NCBI GenBank assembly: GCA_963806225.1
Contig: CAWDXG010000001.1
Location: forward strand, 256,001 to 320,000
Reading direction: 5' to 3'
Origin: an uncultured delta proteobacterium
Lineage (GTDB): Bacteria; Myxococcota_A; Polyangia; Polyangiales; Polyangiaceae
DNA: 64,000 nt
The notes under the pieces are model-generated. The model was not told the origin of the DNA and did no database searches. It saw nothing but the letters and a program-made list of their open reading frames with translations. Shown here in pieces: positions 36,279-47,200 of the stretch (position 1 is its first letter; each line of letters opens with the position of its first letter). The position numbers and the translations under genes are program-made.

Positions 36279-36974
36279 TTGTTCTCCCGTCGCCTGATTC
36301 CGCTTCTGGCCGCCGCTCTCGCGGCGGGCACGCTGGTGCTGCTGCTCGCCCCGCGGGCCCGGGCGCAGTGCGTGGACGAAGCGCTCAAGCAGCAGCTGGT
36401 CGGTCGCCGCGCCTACCGGGGCGTGGTTCCGAGGTTGTTCAAAAAGGCGCTGCGCCACGAGCTCTCGCCCCTGGGCGGTTGGTACGCCGCGGATCTGGCG
36501 GACTCCGCGCCGGTCTGGGGCGGCGCGTACACGTTCAACTTCAGCGAGGATCTGGGACTCGAGGCGTCGTATCTGCGCTATCGGCAGTCGTACAAGCTGC
36601 TCGACGCCGTGGTGGCCCGCCAGCAGGGGCTCATCCAGATCCAGTCGACTCCGGTCGAGACGGTGCAGCTGTTCATGGGAAATCTGATCTGGTCGCTGGC
36701 CTACGGCAAGGTGCGTTGGCTGGGCGGCGCGATCAGCAGGTTTGACTTCTATCTTGCGCTCGGAGCGGGTGCGACCGACGAGCGCGACTCGGTCGGCCTG
36801 ACGGGTTCGGGCGGCTTCGGCATGAAATTCTACCTGGCCCAGTGGTTGGCGCTGCGCCTGGATGTCCGCGACTACGTCCACAACCGCAGGGTGCCTGCCC
36901 TGGCCGTCCAGAAGGTTGTGAACGATGTGAACGCACTCGGCGGTTTGAGCGTGTTCATCCCGTTTACCGACTGA
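36279..36974 (+). CDS. Outer-membrane beta-barrel protein of the myxobacterial GltA/GltB/GltH-like family
   Basis: Signal peptide; RLFKKALRHELSP, WSLAYGK, RFDFYLALGAG, GFGMKFY, LRLDVRD, terminal GLSVFIP strand. Confidence 0.75.
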   Translation: MFSRRLIPLLAAALAAGTLVLLLAPRARAQCVDEALKQQLVGRRAYRGVVPRLFKKALRHELSPLGGWYAADLADSAPVWGGAYTFNFSEDLGLEASYLRYRQSYKLLDAVVARQQGLIQIQSTPVETVQLFMGNLIWSLAYGKVRWLGGAISRFDFYLALGAGATDERDSVGLTGSGGFGMKFYLAQWLALRLDVRDYVHNRRVPALAVQKVVNDVNALGGLSVFIPFTD

Positions 36975-37029
36975 CCAGCCCATTTTCCGTTCGAGCCGGG
37001 GGGCGATTCGGGAGTATGCTCCACGGTCG

Positions 37030-38583
37030 GTGCGAAGTCGCCGCGATCCGGACAGCAATTCCGAGTCCACGCCGGGCTCGAGCCTGCAGACCCGCTCGTC
37101 CGGGGCCCTGCGCCTGTCCGGCGCCGACATCGACCGGCTGCTCGAGTCGCTGGAGCAGCCCGCGGCTCTCTGCACCGTTGACGCTCGCGTGATGCTCGTG
37201 AACCCGGCGTTCGAGCGGGTCTACTCGAGCGCTCTGGATCCGGAGCTGCCGCTCGTGAGCAGCGCGGCCGCGCGGGATGCGCTGCGCGCGGGACACATCT
37301 GGTATGGGGCGAGTGTGCTGTCCGGCACCGTCACGCTGGTCCCGCTTCGTTCTGCAGACGGCGAGGTCGGCGCCTGCCTGGCACTGCTCGCCGACACGCA
37401 GAAGGAGCTCGAGACCGCCCGGCTCAGGGGCCAGCTCGAACAGCTTCGCCGCACGGAGAGCCTGGGGCAGCTCGCCAGCGGCATCGCGCACGACTTCAAC
37501 AACATGCTGGCCGTGATCCTCAACTACGTGAAGCTGGCCGAGCGCCGCCTGGCTTCCGGGGCAGCGGCCGTAGACGCCCTGCACCACATCCGCGACGCCG
37601 CCGAGCGTTCCGCCGGGATCACCCAGCAGCTGCTCGCGCTCAGCCGTGGACCGGCCGGCGATGTCGCGTCGGTCGATGTGAACGCTTCCATCTCCAGCCT
37701 CGAAGCCGTGCTGCGCGGCATGCTCGGTGAGCAGATCCAATACCGCGTGGAGCTCGACGAACAGCTGTGGCGGGCGCGGCTTGGTAGTGCCCAGCTGCAG
37801 CGGATCCTGCTCAATCTCGCTGCCAACTCGCGCGATGCGATGCCGGACGGCGGTACCTTCAGCGTGCGCACGGCCAATGCGCAGATCGACGCGTCGCTGG
37901 CCGACGAGCACGAGGACCTGTCGCCCGGGCGGTACGTCCAGATCGAGATCGGCGACACAGGCCCCGGCATGCCTAGCGACGTCGCGGACCACATCTTCGA
38001 ACCGTTCTTCACCACCAAGGAGGTGGGCGTCGGCACCGGGCTCGGGCTCTCGATCATCGAGGGCATCATCAAACAGGCGGGCGGTCACATCTCCGTGTCG
38101 AGCCGGATGGGCGCCGGAACGACCTTCACCGTCTACCTCCTGGCCGACGCGGTGAGAGCGACACAGCCGTCACCGTCAGCCGAAGGCGGTGCCGGCCAGC
38201 GCACCATCCTGGTTGTCGACGACGAGGGACCGCTCCGGCGCGCCGTCGCCCGGATGCTGGCCGACAGCGGCTATCTCGTTCTGCAGGCCGCGGACGGGCT
38301 CGATGCCGTCGAGCTTCTGGAAGAGCGGAAAGAGCCCGTCGATCTCGTGCTCACCGACGTGCTGATGCCGCGCATGAGCGGAGTCGAGCTGGTCAAGCTT
38401 CTGGCCGACCAATACCCTTCGGTCGAGGCCGTGCTGATGTCCGGCTACACGCATGGCCTGATCTCGAAAGGCGGCCTCGAGCCCGCGAGCCTCCTGTTTC
38501 TGCAGAAGCCGTTCAGCAAGGACGAGCTGCTCGAAAAGGTCGAGCTGGCCTGGGGGCGCGCCGCGGCGGCAGAACGCAGCTGA
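37030..38583 (+). CDS. Hybrid sensor histidine kinase/response regulator (degenerate PAS, HisKA, HATPase, REC)
   Basis: GIAHDFNN H-box, NLAANSRDAM, DTGPGM, FEPFFTTK, GTGLGL, ILVVDDE, LTDVLMP, LQKPF. Confidence 0.93.
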   Translation: MRSRRDPDSNSESTPGSSLQTRSSGALRLSGADIDRLLESLEQPAALCTVDARVMLVNPAFERVYSSALDPELPLVSSAAARDALRAGHIWYGASVLSGTVTLVPLRSADGEVGACLALLADTQKELETARLRGQLEQLRRTESLGQLASGIAHDFNNMLAVILNYVKLAERRLASGAAAVDALHHIRDAAERSAGITQQLLALSRGPAGDVASVDVNASISSLEAVLRGMLGEQIQYRVELDEQLWRARLGSAQLQRILLNLAANSRDAMPDGGTFSVRTANAQIDASLADEHEDLSPGRYVQIEIGDTGPGMPSDVADHIFEPFFTTKEVGVGTGLGLSIIEGIIKQAGGHISVSSRMGAGTTFTVYLLADAVRATQPSPSAEGGAGQRTILVVDDEGPLRRAVARMLADSGYLVLQAADGLDAVELLEERKEPVDLVLTDVLMPRMSGVELVKLLADQYPSVEAVLMSGYTHGLISKGGLEPASLLFLQKPFSKDELLEKVELAWGRAAAAERS

Positions 38584-38710
38584 GGCCCCAAGCCGCGCGG
38601 AAATGAGCGGCGGCAGCCTGAACACCGGATGCCCTTGCCGTGAGCGGGTCGGGTGGTTTTGATCGGGCCCCCGGACCCGTCGCGCCGGGCACGAACCGGA
38701 AGCTACAGAC

Positions 38711-39454
38711 ATGTACAAAGTCGTCCTTCTCCGCCATGGCCAGAGCCAGTGGAACCTCGAGAATCGCTTCACCGGCTGGGTGGACGTTCCGCTTAGCGAC
38801 AAGGGGGTCGAGGAGGCCCACCGTGCGGCGGAGCTTCTACGCGCCGACGGCTACTCCTTCGACGTCGCCTTCACGTCGGTGCTGAAGCGAGCCATCAAGA
38901 CGCTCTGGATCGTGCTCGAGGATCTCGACCAGATGTGGATCCCGGTCCACCGCAGCTGGCGCGTCAACGAGCGCATGTACGGCGCGCTGCAGGGGCTCAA
39001 CAAGGCCGAGACGGCCGAGAAGCACGGCGAAGAGCAGGTGCATCTGTGGCGCCGCAGCTACGCCACGCCGCCGCCCGCGCTCACCCAGGACGACGAGCGC
39101 TGGCCCGGCCACGACCCGCGCTACGCCAATCTCGAGCCGGACGAGATCCCGGCGACCGAGTGCCTGAAGGATACGGTCGAGCGCTTCCTGCCCTACTGGG
39201 AGAGCGACATCGCGCCGGCCATCAAGAGCGGCCGGCGCGTCGTTGTCGCCGCGCACGGCAACAGCCTGCGAGCGCTGGTCAAGCACCTGGACAACGTGAG
39301 CGAGGAGGACATCGTCGGGCTCAACATCCCGACGGGCATCCCGCTCATCTACGAGCTCGACGACGCGCTCAAGCCCATCCGCCACTACTACCTGGGCGAT
39401 CCCGAAGCCGCCGAGAAGGCCGCCAAGGCCGTGGCCGCGCAGGCGAAGGGCTGA
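38711..39454 (+). CDS. gpmA: 2,3-bisphosphoglycerate-dependent phosphoglycerate mutase
   Basis: [49 protein letters not shown]. Confidence 0.97.
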   Translation: MYKVVLLRHGQSQWNLENRFTGWVDVPLSDKGVEEAHRAAELLRADGYSFDVAFTSVLKRAIKTLWIVLEDLDQMWIPVHRSWRVNERMYGALQGLNKAETAEKHGEEQVHLWRRSYATPPPALTQDDERWPGHDPRYANLEPDEIPATECLKDTVERFLPYWESDIAPAIKSGRRVVVAAHGNSLRALVKHLDNVSEEDIVGLNIPTGIPLIYELDDALKPIRHYYLGDPEAAEKAAKAVAAQAKG

Positions 39455-39459
39455 GCGGG

Positions 39460-40272
39460 CTACAGGCTGCAGGCCGCCTGGGAGACGAACTGCGGCACGA
39501 GCCGGCAGTGACCGGAGTAGCAGGCGTAACCCTCGCACTGGGTCGGAGCCGTGCACGCCAATCCGACGGGTCGGGCGGCGATGCAGGTCTTGCTGCCCTC
39601 GAAGTCGCAGACCGCGCCACGCGCGCACATGTCGCCCGATGCTCCGTCGGGGCACGGCGTACCGAGCGGGAGCCAGGGTTGGCAGCTTCCGTTCTGGCAG
39701 ATCAGTTCGGGAGCGCAGTCGACCACCGCGTGCGTGGAAAAGCCGCACGATTCGCCCTTGCCGGTCACGCGGTAGGGTTCGCAGGTGTACGGACCCGGGG
39801 CGGGCGAAGTGCACACGTCTCCGGTGGTGCACTCGCCATTCGTGGTGCACTCCGCCCCGGTCGGGAGGTCGCCGTCGCGGTAGACGGCAGCGCATCCACT
39901 CCGATCGATCTCCTTGAACGGAAGGCACTGCTCGATTCCACGCCGCACCTGGGCCAGGCAACGCGCCGCGGCTACGCCGTCGTAGTGCGCGCCGTGCTGC
40001 TTCGCGGCGTCGTCGGCGGCGGCGCTGGCGGAACGCGATCGTGCGACGCATCCGTTCTTCGCCACGCGATACCCAGCGAGCCTGCAGCAGCGGCCGATCC
40101 CGTCGCAGGAGGCGTGGGCGAGCGCGTCGGGGTAGTCCGGTTCCGCGATGCTGGCCTGGTCGAGACTGGTGCGCGCGCCGCAAGCGCCGGACGATGCGGC
40201 GAACGCCAGCGCGAGAGCGCCGACGAGGCGCGACCCCCGTCGGCTCCGCAAGGAGCAATCCCGCCGGGCCAT
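39460..40272 (-). CDS. Cys-rich hypothetical lipoprotein
   Basis: Signal ending SGAC; dense paired Cys motifs such as GAEC....EC and GLAC....QC. Confidence 0.72.
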   Translation of the reverse strand: MARRDCSLRSRRGSRLVGALALAFAASSGACGARTSLDQASIAEPDYPDALAHASCDGIGRCCRLAGYRVAKNGCVARSRSASAAADDAAKQHGAHYDGVAAARCLAQVRRGIEQCLPFKEIDRSGCAAVYRDGDLPTGAECTTNGECTTGDVCTSPAPGPYTCEPYRVTGKGESCGFSTHAVVDCAPELICQNGSCQPWLPLGTPCPDGASGDMCARGAVCDFEGSKTCIAARPVGLACTAPTQCEGYACYSGHCRLVPQFVSQAACSL

Positions 40273-40316
40273 GACTCCTAGATTGCGCCCGGTGCCGACG
40301 CCTCGTCCACGCGCCA

Positions 40317-40362
40317 AGGCCGTAGCAAAATGCCACATTTTTGTGACATTTTGCTACGGCCT
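40317..40362. promoter_or_regulatory. 21-bp-arm inverted repeat in a divergent promoter region (candidate operator)
   Basis: AGGCCGTAGCAAAATGCCACA-TTTT-TGTGACATTTTGCTACGGCCT, with one mismatch. Confidence 0.6.
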
Positions 40363-40404
40363 CCTGCGACAGGGGTGTTGTCGCAATGGCTTCCGCGGCG
40401 CAGG

Positions 40405-41259
40405 ATGGACGCGTTGCTTCGTTCGGTCCTTCTCGCTTCGCTCGTCGCGCTGACCGCGGCCTGCTCGTCTTCCGGACAACAGCCGGCCGGCTCCGGCTCC
40501 GGCGGGAGCGACGCGGCGCTCGAGGCTGCCGCGGGCTCCGGTGGCAGCGGCGGGGACTCGGCGGCGGATGCCGCCCCGGACACGTCGGTCGATGCCGCGC
40601 TGGACGCCGGAACCGACGCCGACGCGTCGAGCACCGACGCCTCGAGCACCGATGCATCGGATGCTTCGCCGGCCGACGCGGCCGCCGACGCCGATGCCCA
40701 GGTCGACTACGATGCGCAGGCCGTCGACGGCAGCAGCTGTGGCGCGCTGATCCAGCAGCATCCGATCGAGGGCGCACTGCATGTGACGCCGTGCTCACAG
40801 GTCAGCTACGGGACCAATCCGCCTTCGTCCGGCAACCACTATCCGATCTGGGCCGACTACAAGACCTACACGCGGCCCGTCCCGCGCGGGTTCTGGGTGC
40901 ACAATCTGGAGCACGGCGCCGTGGTGATCACCTACAACTGCCCTGGCGGCTGTGCGGGCGAGGTCGCGCAGGCGCAGTCGGTGATCGACTCCTACGCCGA
41001 CCTGGGCTGCTTCACGTCGGCGGGTGTGCCGCGCCGCATCGTGATGACGCCCGATCCCCTACTCGACGTGCGCTGGGCGGCCAGCTCCTGGGGCTGGACC
41101 CTCCGGGCGAGCTGCTTCGAGCCCGCGGTTTTCCTGAAGTTCATCCAGGATCACTACAACCACGCGCCCGAGAACGAGTGCCACGGCGACTGGGATTTCC
41201 AGCCGGACGGCGGACCGCTCGTCTTGCCCTGCAGCGATGCCGGCGCCGACGGGGGATGA
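40405..41259 (+). CDS. DUF3105 family lipoprotein
   Basis: Lipobox TAAC; DA-rich linker; YGTNPPSSGNHY, VHNLEHGAVVITY and SWG motifs. Confidence 0.88.
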   Translation: MDALLRSVLLASLVALTAACSSSGQQPAGSGSGGSDAALEAAAGSGGSGGDSAADAAPDTSVDAALDAGTDADASSTDASSTDASDASPADAAADADAQVDYDAQAVDGSSCGALIQQHPIEGALHVTPCSQVSYGTNPPSSGNHYPIWADYKTYTRPVPRGFWVHNLEHGAVVITYNCPGGCAGEVAQAQSVIDSYADLGCFTSAGVPRRIVMTPDPLLDVRWAASSWGWTLRASCFEPAVFLKFIQDHYNHAPENECHGDWDFQPDGGPLVLPCSDAGADGG

Positions 41260-41303
41260 CGGATCGCAATCGGGTCCGCCCATGGTAACCTCGGCGCCTG
41301 CCT

Positions 41304-42071
41304 ATGCGAAAGCGCCTGTTCGCCCTGCTTGTCGCGCCGCTGGTCGTGCTGTTCGCGCTGGTCGCTCTGGCGCAGCCGCACAAGGCAAGCGGCAAGAAGG
41401 AAAAGGGGAAGTCGGCCGACAAGACGCCTGCCGCTGCGACCTCCGCCCAGGCGGGCGACGCGGGAGCGCAGGGCGCTGCCGCCCAGGTGAGCGTCAGCGG
41501 CAACGAGGACATCGGCGGCCCGCCGCCGAAGTCCGCGCGCGGCGACGGCGGCCCGAAGCCTTCCCCGCTCAACCCGGCCGCCAACGAGTTCCCCGAGGGT
41601 GGCGCTCCGGCCCCGCCGCCGGACTACAACAAGCTACTCGGCGACATCGCCGCGCTCCGCAGCCGCGTCGCTGCGATGACCACGACGATGTTCGCGAGCA
41701 AGCTGCAGGTCATCGTCGAGACCGACGACAGCAGTGACGCCCGCATCACCAGCTTCACGGTCACCCTGGACGACGGCGTCATCTATTCCGCGCCGAAGAA
41801 CTTCAGCGCCGAGGACGAGCGGACCGTGTACGAACACGCCGTCGCGCCCGGGCATCACGTGATCGGTGTGGATGTGGAGCGCTACGACGCGCGCGGCAAG
41901 GAATACCAGACCTGGCAGAGCTCCAAGTTCTCGGTCGTCGTTCCCGAAGGCAAGCGCCTGTCGGCGCACCTCCGGCTGGAGGACGACTCCGACATGGCGG
42001 CCGACTTCCCCGACGACCAAGACGGCGAATACGACCTGCGTGTGCGTCTCCGGGCGCTCGTTGTCGACTGA
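41304..42071 (+). CDS. Hypothetical secreted protein, first gene of the TPR operon
   Basis: Signal peptide ending ALA-Q; low-complexity linker, short coiled coil, beta-sandwich-like C-terminus; 3 nt gap to the next gene. Confidence 0.75.
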   Translation: MRKRLFALLVAPLVVLFALVALAQPHKASGKKEKGKSADKTPAAATSAQAGDAGAQGAAAQVSVSGNEDIGGPPPKSARGDGGPKPSPLNPAANEFPEGGAPAPPPDYNKLLGDIAALRSRVAAMTTTMFASKLQVIVETDDSSDARITSFTVTLDDGVIYSAPKNFSAEDERTVYEHAVAPGHHVIGVDVERYDARGKEYQTWQSSKFSVVVPEGKRLSAHLRLEDDSDMAADFPDDQDGEYDLRVRLRALVVD

Positions 42072-42074
42072 GCT

Positions 42075-44258
42075 ATGCGGGGTCAGAGCAATATCGCCTG
42101 GGGGGTGCTGTTCGGCGCGCTGTCGCTTCTGGTGGCGTCTCCGGCGTCCGCACAGAAGCACGGTACGCATCACAAGAAGACGGACAAGAAGGCGATTGCG
42201 GCCGAGGACAACCCGTACGCGGAGCCCGCCAAGGCCGACAAGGCCAAGGCCGACAAGGCCAAGGCCGACAAGGCCAAGGCCGACAAGGCCAAGGCAGGTC
42301 AGGAAGGCAAGGCCGCCGAACAGGCGGCGGGCGAGGCCGGGCAGGCGCCGGGAGCCGCACAGCAGAGCCGGCCGGAGACGGCTGCCAGCGGCGGGCCAGC
42401 CGAGACGCGCGGCGAGGCCATGCGTCTGTACCAGCAGGCGCTCCAGAAGCGACGCCTCGCAGCGACCGCGCCGCTCAGCCGCCAACGCCTGCGCGACGTG
42501 CTCGAGAAGACCGAAGCGAAGATCAGCGATGGGCGTCTCGACGAGGCCATCGGCGACCTGGTCTACATCGTCGAGTCACCGCGCTTCGATCCGTTCAAGG
42601 AAAGCGAGGAAGGTCGTGCGTGCCTGTTCTGGCTCGGCGACTCCCTCGGTCGCGTCGGCGCCTACCAACCGGCGCGCGGCTATCTGCTGCGGCTCTTGAA
42701 GGGCAATCCCAAGGACACCTGGTACCGCCGGGCCGTGCGCAGCCTGGTCGACTTCGGGCTGGAGAGCGATCAGCCCGATACGTTCCTGAAGGATTTGTCG
42801 TCGGTTCCACCGAGCGCGCCGGAGGAGCTGCGCGGCGACATCGCCTACCTGGCGGGCCGTGCCGCGGAGCGCAGGAAGGACCCGGGGGCGGCGCTCGGCG
42901 AGTACGCGAAGGTCACGTCGCGCTCGCGGTTCTGGGCGCAGGCGACGTACCTCTCCGGGCTGATCGAGGTGGAGCGCGGTCAGTTGAAGAAGGGCGAGAA
43001 CCTCTTCTGCAAGGTGGCCGATCCGAAGCAGACGCCGACGAAGGCGCCGCTGTTCGGCGGCAACGACTTTTTCCGGGTGCGCGACCTGGCGCGGCTGGCC
43101 CTGGGCCGCGTGGCCCACGAGCAGTTCCGCTTCGACGACTCCCGCTACTACTACTACCTGGTTCCCCAGGACTCGGATCACCTGCCCGAAGCGCTCTACG
43201 AGGCGGCCACCTCGCGCTACGAGGCCAAGGACTACGAGGGAGCGCGCGAGCTGATGGATCAGCTCAAGGCGCTGCATCGTAACAATCCCTACGAGGATGA
43301 AGCCTGGATCCTCGACGCGTACATCGACCTGGCGACGTGCCACTTTCCCGCCGCCGACAAGAAGCTCCGGATCTTCCTGGCGCGCTACGAGCCGGTGCGC
43401 AACGCCGCGCGCCGGCTGACGAAGGATCCGGCCGCGATGAAGAAGCTCGTCGAGGCCGTCCGCGCCGGCGCGGATCCGGCCGGCGCAGGCGTCGGCGTCA
43501 AGGGCGACGTGGCACGCACGCTGGGCGCTCTGCTCAGGCTGGATGCCGGCTACTCCCATGCCTCGCTCCGGCTGGCGCGGCTCGACCACCAGATGAGCGG
43601 GCTGCGTGGAGCGATGGGGGATCTGGACGAGGCCAACAAGCGGCTGGCGACACCGAAGTCCGTGAGGGCGCAGGCGGCTACGCCCCTCGGCGAGGCCCCG
43701 AACGACAAGATCGCGCGCATCGACGCGCAGCTCGCGGAGGTGCGGCGGCTGCTCCGCGAGGTCTCGCGCACGGGCAAGGCCAAGGCGAGCGACATCGCGG
43801 AGCTCACCCACCAGCTCGAGGCGCTGGAAGTCCAGGCCCGCGCCGCGCGCGCGGCCGCGGCGGCGATTCCCGCCGGCGAGGCCGGCGGGAAGGGCACGGA
43901 TCTACCGGACGTGATCCGCGCCGATCGCCAGCGCGCCAGCCGGCTGTACGAAAACGCGGCGAAGCTCCGTGCAAAGCTGGCCGCGGAGCAGCAGGGCATG
44001 GCGCGCGACGCGCTGGTGCGGCTCGACCGCCGCCTGTCGCGTCTGCTGCGGCGCGCCCGGCTGGGTCGCGTCGAGACGGTGCTCGGCAAGAAGCGCGCGC
44101 TCGAGGTCGAGATCGAGGCCTTGTCGCAGGGGCTTCTGCCCCGGACCATCGTCGATTCGCTGGATGCCGCGCGCTACCTCCGCGACGACGAGGAGTACTG
44201 GCCCTACGACGGCGAGGACTGGAAGGACGAGTACGTGGGCGGGGAGGGCCTGAGGTGA
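42075..44258 (+). CDS. Secreted TPR protein, GltC/NfsC-like
   Basis: Signal peptide; TPR helices; RDLARLALGRVAHE, ALYEAA, C-terminal DDEEYWPYDGEDWKDE resembling the GltC-type W.F.GE.W.DE ending. Confidence 0.7.
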   Translation: MRGQSNIAWGVLFGALSLLVASPASAQKHGTHHKKTDKKAIAAEDNPYAEPAKADKAKADKAKADKAKADKAKAGQEGKAAEQAAGEAGQAPGAAQQSRPETAASGGPAETRGEAMRLYQQALQKRRLAATAPLSRQRLRDVLEKTEAKISDGRLDEAIGDLVYIVESPRFDPFKESEEGRACLFWLGDSLGRVGAYQPARGYLLRLLKGNPKDTWYRRAVRSLVDFGLESDQPDTFLKDLSSVPPSAPEELRGDIAYLAGRAAERRKDPGAALGEYAKVTSRSRFWAQATYLSGLIEVERGQLKKGENLFCKVADPKQTPTKAPLFGGNDFFRVRDLARLALGRVAHEQFRFDDSRYYYYLVPQDSDHLPEALYEAATSRYEAKDYEGARELMDQLKALHRNNPYEDEAWILDAYIDLATCHFPAADKKLRIFLARYEPVRNAARRLTKDPAAMKKLVEAVRAGADPAGAGVGVKGDVARTLGALLRLDAGYSHASLRLARLDHQMSGLRGAMGDLDEANKRLATPKSVRAQAATPLGEAPNDKIARIDAQLAEVRRLLREVSRTGKAKASDIAELTHQLEALEVQARAARAAAAAIPAGEAGGKGTDLPDVIRADRQRASRLYENAAKLRAKLAAEQQGMARDALVRLDRRLSRLLRRARLGRVETVLGKKRALEVEIEALSQGLLPRTIVDSLDAARYLRDDEEYWPYDGEDWKDEYVGGEGLR
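42228..42295 (+). repeat. Perfect 15-nt tandem repeat (4 copies plus partial) encoding AKADK
   Basis: GCCAAGGCCGACAAG x4 followed by GCCAAGGC. Confidence 0.92.
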
Positions 44259-47200
44259 GAGCGGGCGTGAAGCCCGGTGCAGCTCTGCTGGCGGCGCTCC
44301 TGTCGCTCGGTATCGTGCGCGTTGCGCGGGCCGACGACCCCACGCCAGCGATGGCGGGCGAGAAGAGCGAAATCAAGCCGGTCGGCGAGCGCGCCATCGG
44401 AAAGCGCGAGCGCCCGACCGTCAAGAAGCGGGCCGAGAAGAGCGCCCGCGACCAGCGCGCCTACCGCGTCAACCTGCAGATCCCCCAGCGGCTGCGCGCG
44501 CTGCTCGAAAAGAAGATCGATGCGCGCATCAGCCGCGATATCGCCCAGGAGAAGCAGCTGCGCGCAAAGGCGCACGGGCTGCTCGCGAAGTTCATCGCCG
44601 AGACACCGCCGGGTTCGCCCGAGATGCCGGAAGCGCTGCTGCGCATCGGCGAGCTCGAATGGGAGTCGGCGCGCGACGATTTCCTGCTGAAGTTCCACCA
44701 GTGGGACAAGTCGCCGAGCGACCAGCGCGGGCCGCCGCCGAATCCCGACTACTCCAGGGCTCGCGCGCGGTTCCTGCGCGTTCTCAAGAACTACAAGACG
44801 TACCGCAACTACGACCTCGCGCTCTACGTCGATGGCTTTCTCGCGAACGAGGAGGGCAAGAGCCAGCAGGCGGTGGATTGCTTCAACAAGATCCTCTCCT
44901 GGTTCCCGCAGAGCCGATTCGTGCCGGACGCGCACATGTTCCGCGCCGAGTACGAGTTCACCAAGGACTTCCCGAACTACCAGGCCGCGTACGAGGAGTA
45001 CGAGAAGGTCCTGCAGTACAAGCACAGCGAGCTGTACGACATCGCGCTGTTCAAGAGCGCGTGGTGTTTGTGGCGGCTTGGCCGTACGGATGAAGCCGCA
45101 CGGCGCTTCCTGACCGTCTTCAAGACGGCGACCGAGAAGGGGGCCAAGGCCGGCCACAAGCGAAAAGCGGAGATCGACGAGCTGCAGCGCGAGGCGCTCA
45201 AGAACCTCGTCGCGGTGTTCGTCGAGGACGAGAAGAACACCGCCGAGGACATGTACAAGTTCCTCGTCAAGGCGGGCGGCGCGAAGTTCGCTGGCAAGAT
45301 CGTCCACGCGCTGGCGCGTGCCTTCTACGACCAGGCGCACTACGAGCGCGGTATCGAGGCGTACCGGCTCTTGCTCAAGCTGGAGCCTGCCGATCCCACG
45401 GCCTACGAACACGCGCTATCGGTGGCGCAGGGCCACTCCACGATGGAGGAGTGGAAACAGCTCGAGAAGGACTACCGCTGGATCATCCGCGACTACACCC
45501 GGCCTGTCGCCGTGAAGGGCAAGCCGGCCCAGGGCGGCGTCTGGACGCGCTCGCAGACGCCGGCCACGGTGGCGAAGGCGGAAGCCGCGATCGAGAAGCA
45601 GATCCGCGAGGACGCGCTCGGGCTGCACGCCAAGGCGCAGGCCGACAAGAACAGCCTGGCCGAGTACAGGTGGACCGCCAAGCTGTACGAGGTCTATCTC
45701 AGCCGCTTCGGCAAACAGAAGGCCGCCTACGAGATCTACTTCAATCTGGCCGAGATCGACTTCTACCACCTCGGTGACGACGCCGGCGCGGCCGACGCCT
45801 ACCTCGCCGCGGTGCGCCTCGACCCGAAGGGCAAGCTCTCGCGCGATGCCCTGTACAACGCGCTGTCGGCGCTCGAGTCGTCCCGCCAGAAGGAATTCGA
45901 GGCGGCCAAGTCGAGCGGCAAGCCGGCGGAGGAAACGCCGACCGACAAGAAGCTTACCGAGGCGATGGAGCTCTACATCAAGAGCTATCCGGACGACCCG
46001 AAGATCCCCGAGCTGCTCTTCCGCCAGGGCAAGCTCTACTACGACTACGGCGTGTACGACCCGGCGGTCCGGCAGTGGGGGCTATTGCTGGAGAAGTTCC
46101 CGAAGAGCAAGTTCTCGGTCGGGGCCGGCGAGCTCATCCTCGATTCCTTCAACAAGAGCAAGGACTACCAGAACATCGAGACCTGGGCGCGCCGGCTCAA
46201 GAAGGCCCCGGCGTTCCAGGGCGCCGAGCAGCAGGCGCGTCTGGACAAGCTGATCGTCCAGGCCGTGTTCAAACAGGGCGAGGCGCTCGGAGCGAAGGGC
46301 GAGCACAAGAAGGCAGCGCAAGCCTACCTCCGGGCGGCGAAGGAGTTCCCCAAGGAGCCGCGGGCTGCCAAGGCGGCGGTCAACGCGGAGGTGGAGGCAC
46401 GCCGGTCGCACAATCTCGGGACGCTCAAAGCCGCCGCCGCTCTGCTCATCAAGGACCACAAACGCGACCCGGAGGCAGCGCAGGGACTGTGGATCGCCGC
46501 GACTACGTACCAGTCGGTGGGCCTGTACAGCCAGGCTGCCGACTACGATCAGACGATCGTCGACAGCTGGCCGAAGTACGAGCACCACAAGGACGCCGCG
46601 TACAACGCCGTGCTGCTCCGCACGACGGTCGGCGAGCACGACAAGGCCATCGCCAGCGGCAAGCAGTACACGCACTACTACTCGCGCGATCCGGACGCCG
46701 ACGAGGTGGTCTTCCTGATGGGCAAGGCCCACGAGAAGGCCAAGAAGTGGAAGGATGCGGAGGCGCTGTACAGCCGCTACTCGCGCACGGCGCGCAATGC
46801 GAACGCGCGCATCGAGGCGCTGGTGCGGCTCGCGACGGTGCGCGTGAAGCTGAAGGACGAGCGCGGAGCGGCGTCGGCGCTCCGCAGCGCGATGAACGTC
46901 TACAAGCTGCACAAGGGCCACCTCAGCGACGACGGCAAGTACTTCGCCGCAAAGGCCCGCTACATGCAGGGCGAGCGCATCCTGGCCGAATACGAGAAGG
47001 TGAAGATCGAAGGCGACGTGAAGCAGCTCAAGGCGCGCCTGAAGAAGAAAAGCGCGCTCCTGAAGGGGGCCGCCGACACCTTCCTCGACACGGCGAAGAT
47101 GGGCGTTGCCGAGTGGACGACGGCGTCGCTCTACCAGATCGGGTTCACCTACGAGTCCTTCTCCAAGGCACTGGAGAATTCGCCGCCGCCGGCCAGCCTC

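Noticed and set aside
38837..40798. Long antisense or alternate-frame ORFs (this 653-aa ORF and many others in the track)
   Set aside because: Expected in very GC-rich DNA with few stop codons; Arg/Pro/Ala-rich, motif-free and overlapping well-supported genes
43337..44254. N-terminal extension of the 1445-aa ORF, and the similar extension of the 895-aa ORF at 46075
   Set aside because: Arg-rich shadow frames overlapping upstream genes; the real starts with signal peptides are at 44255 and 47671
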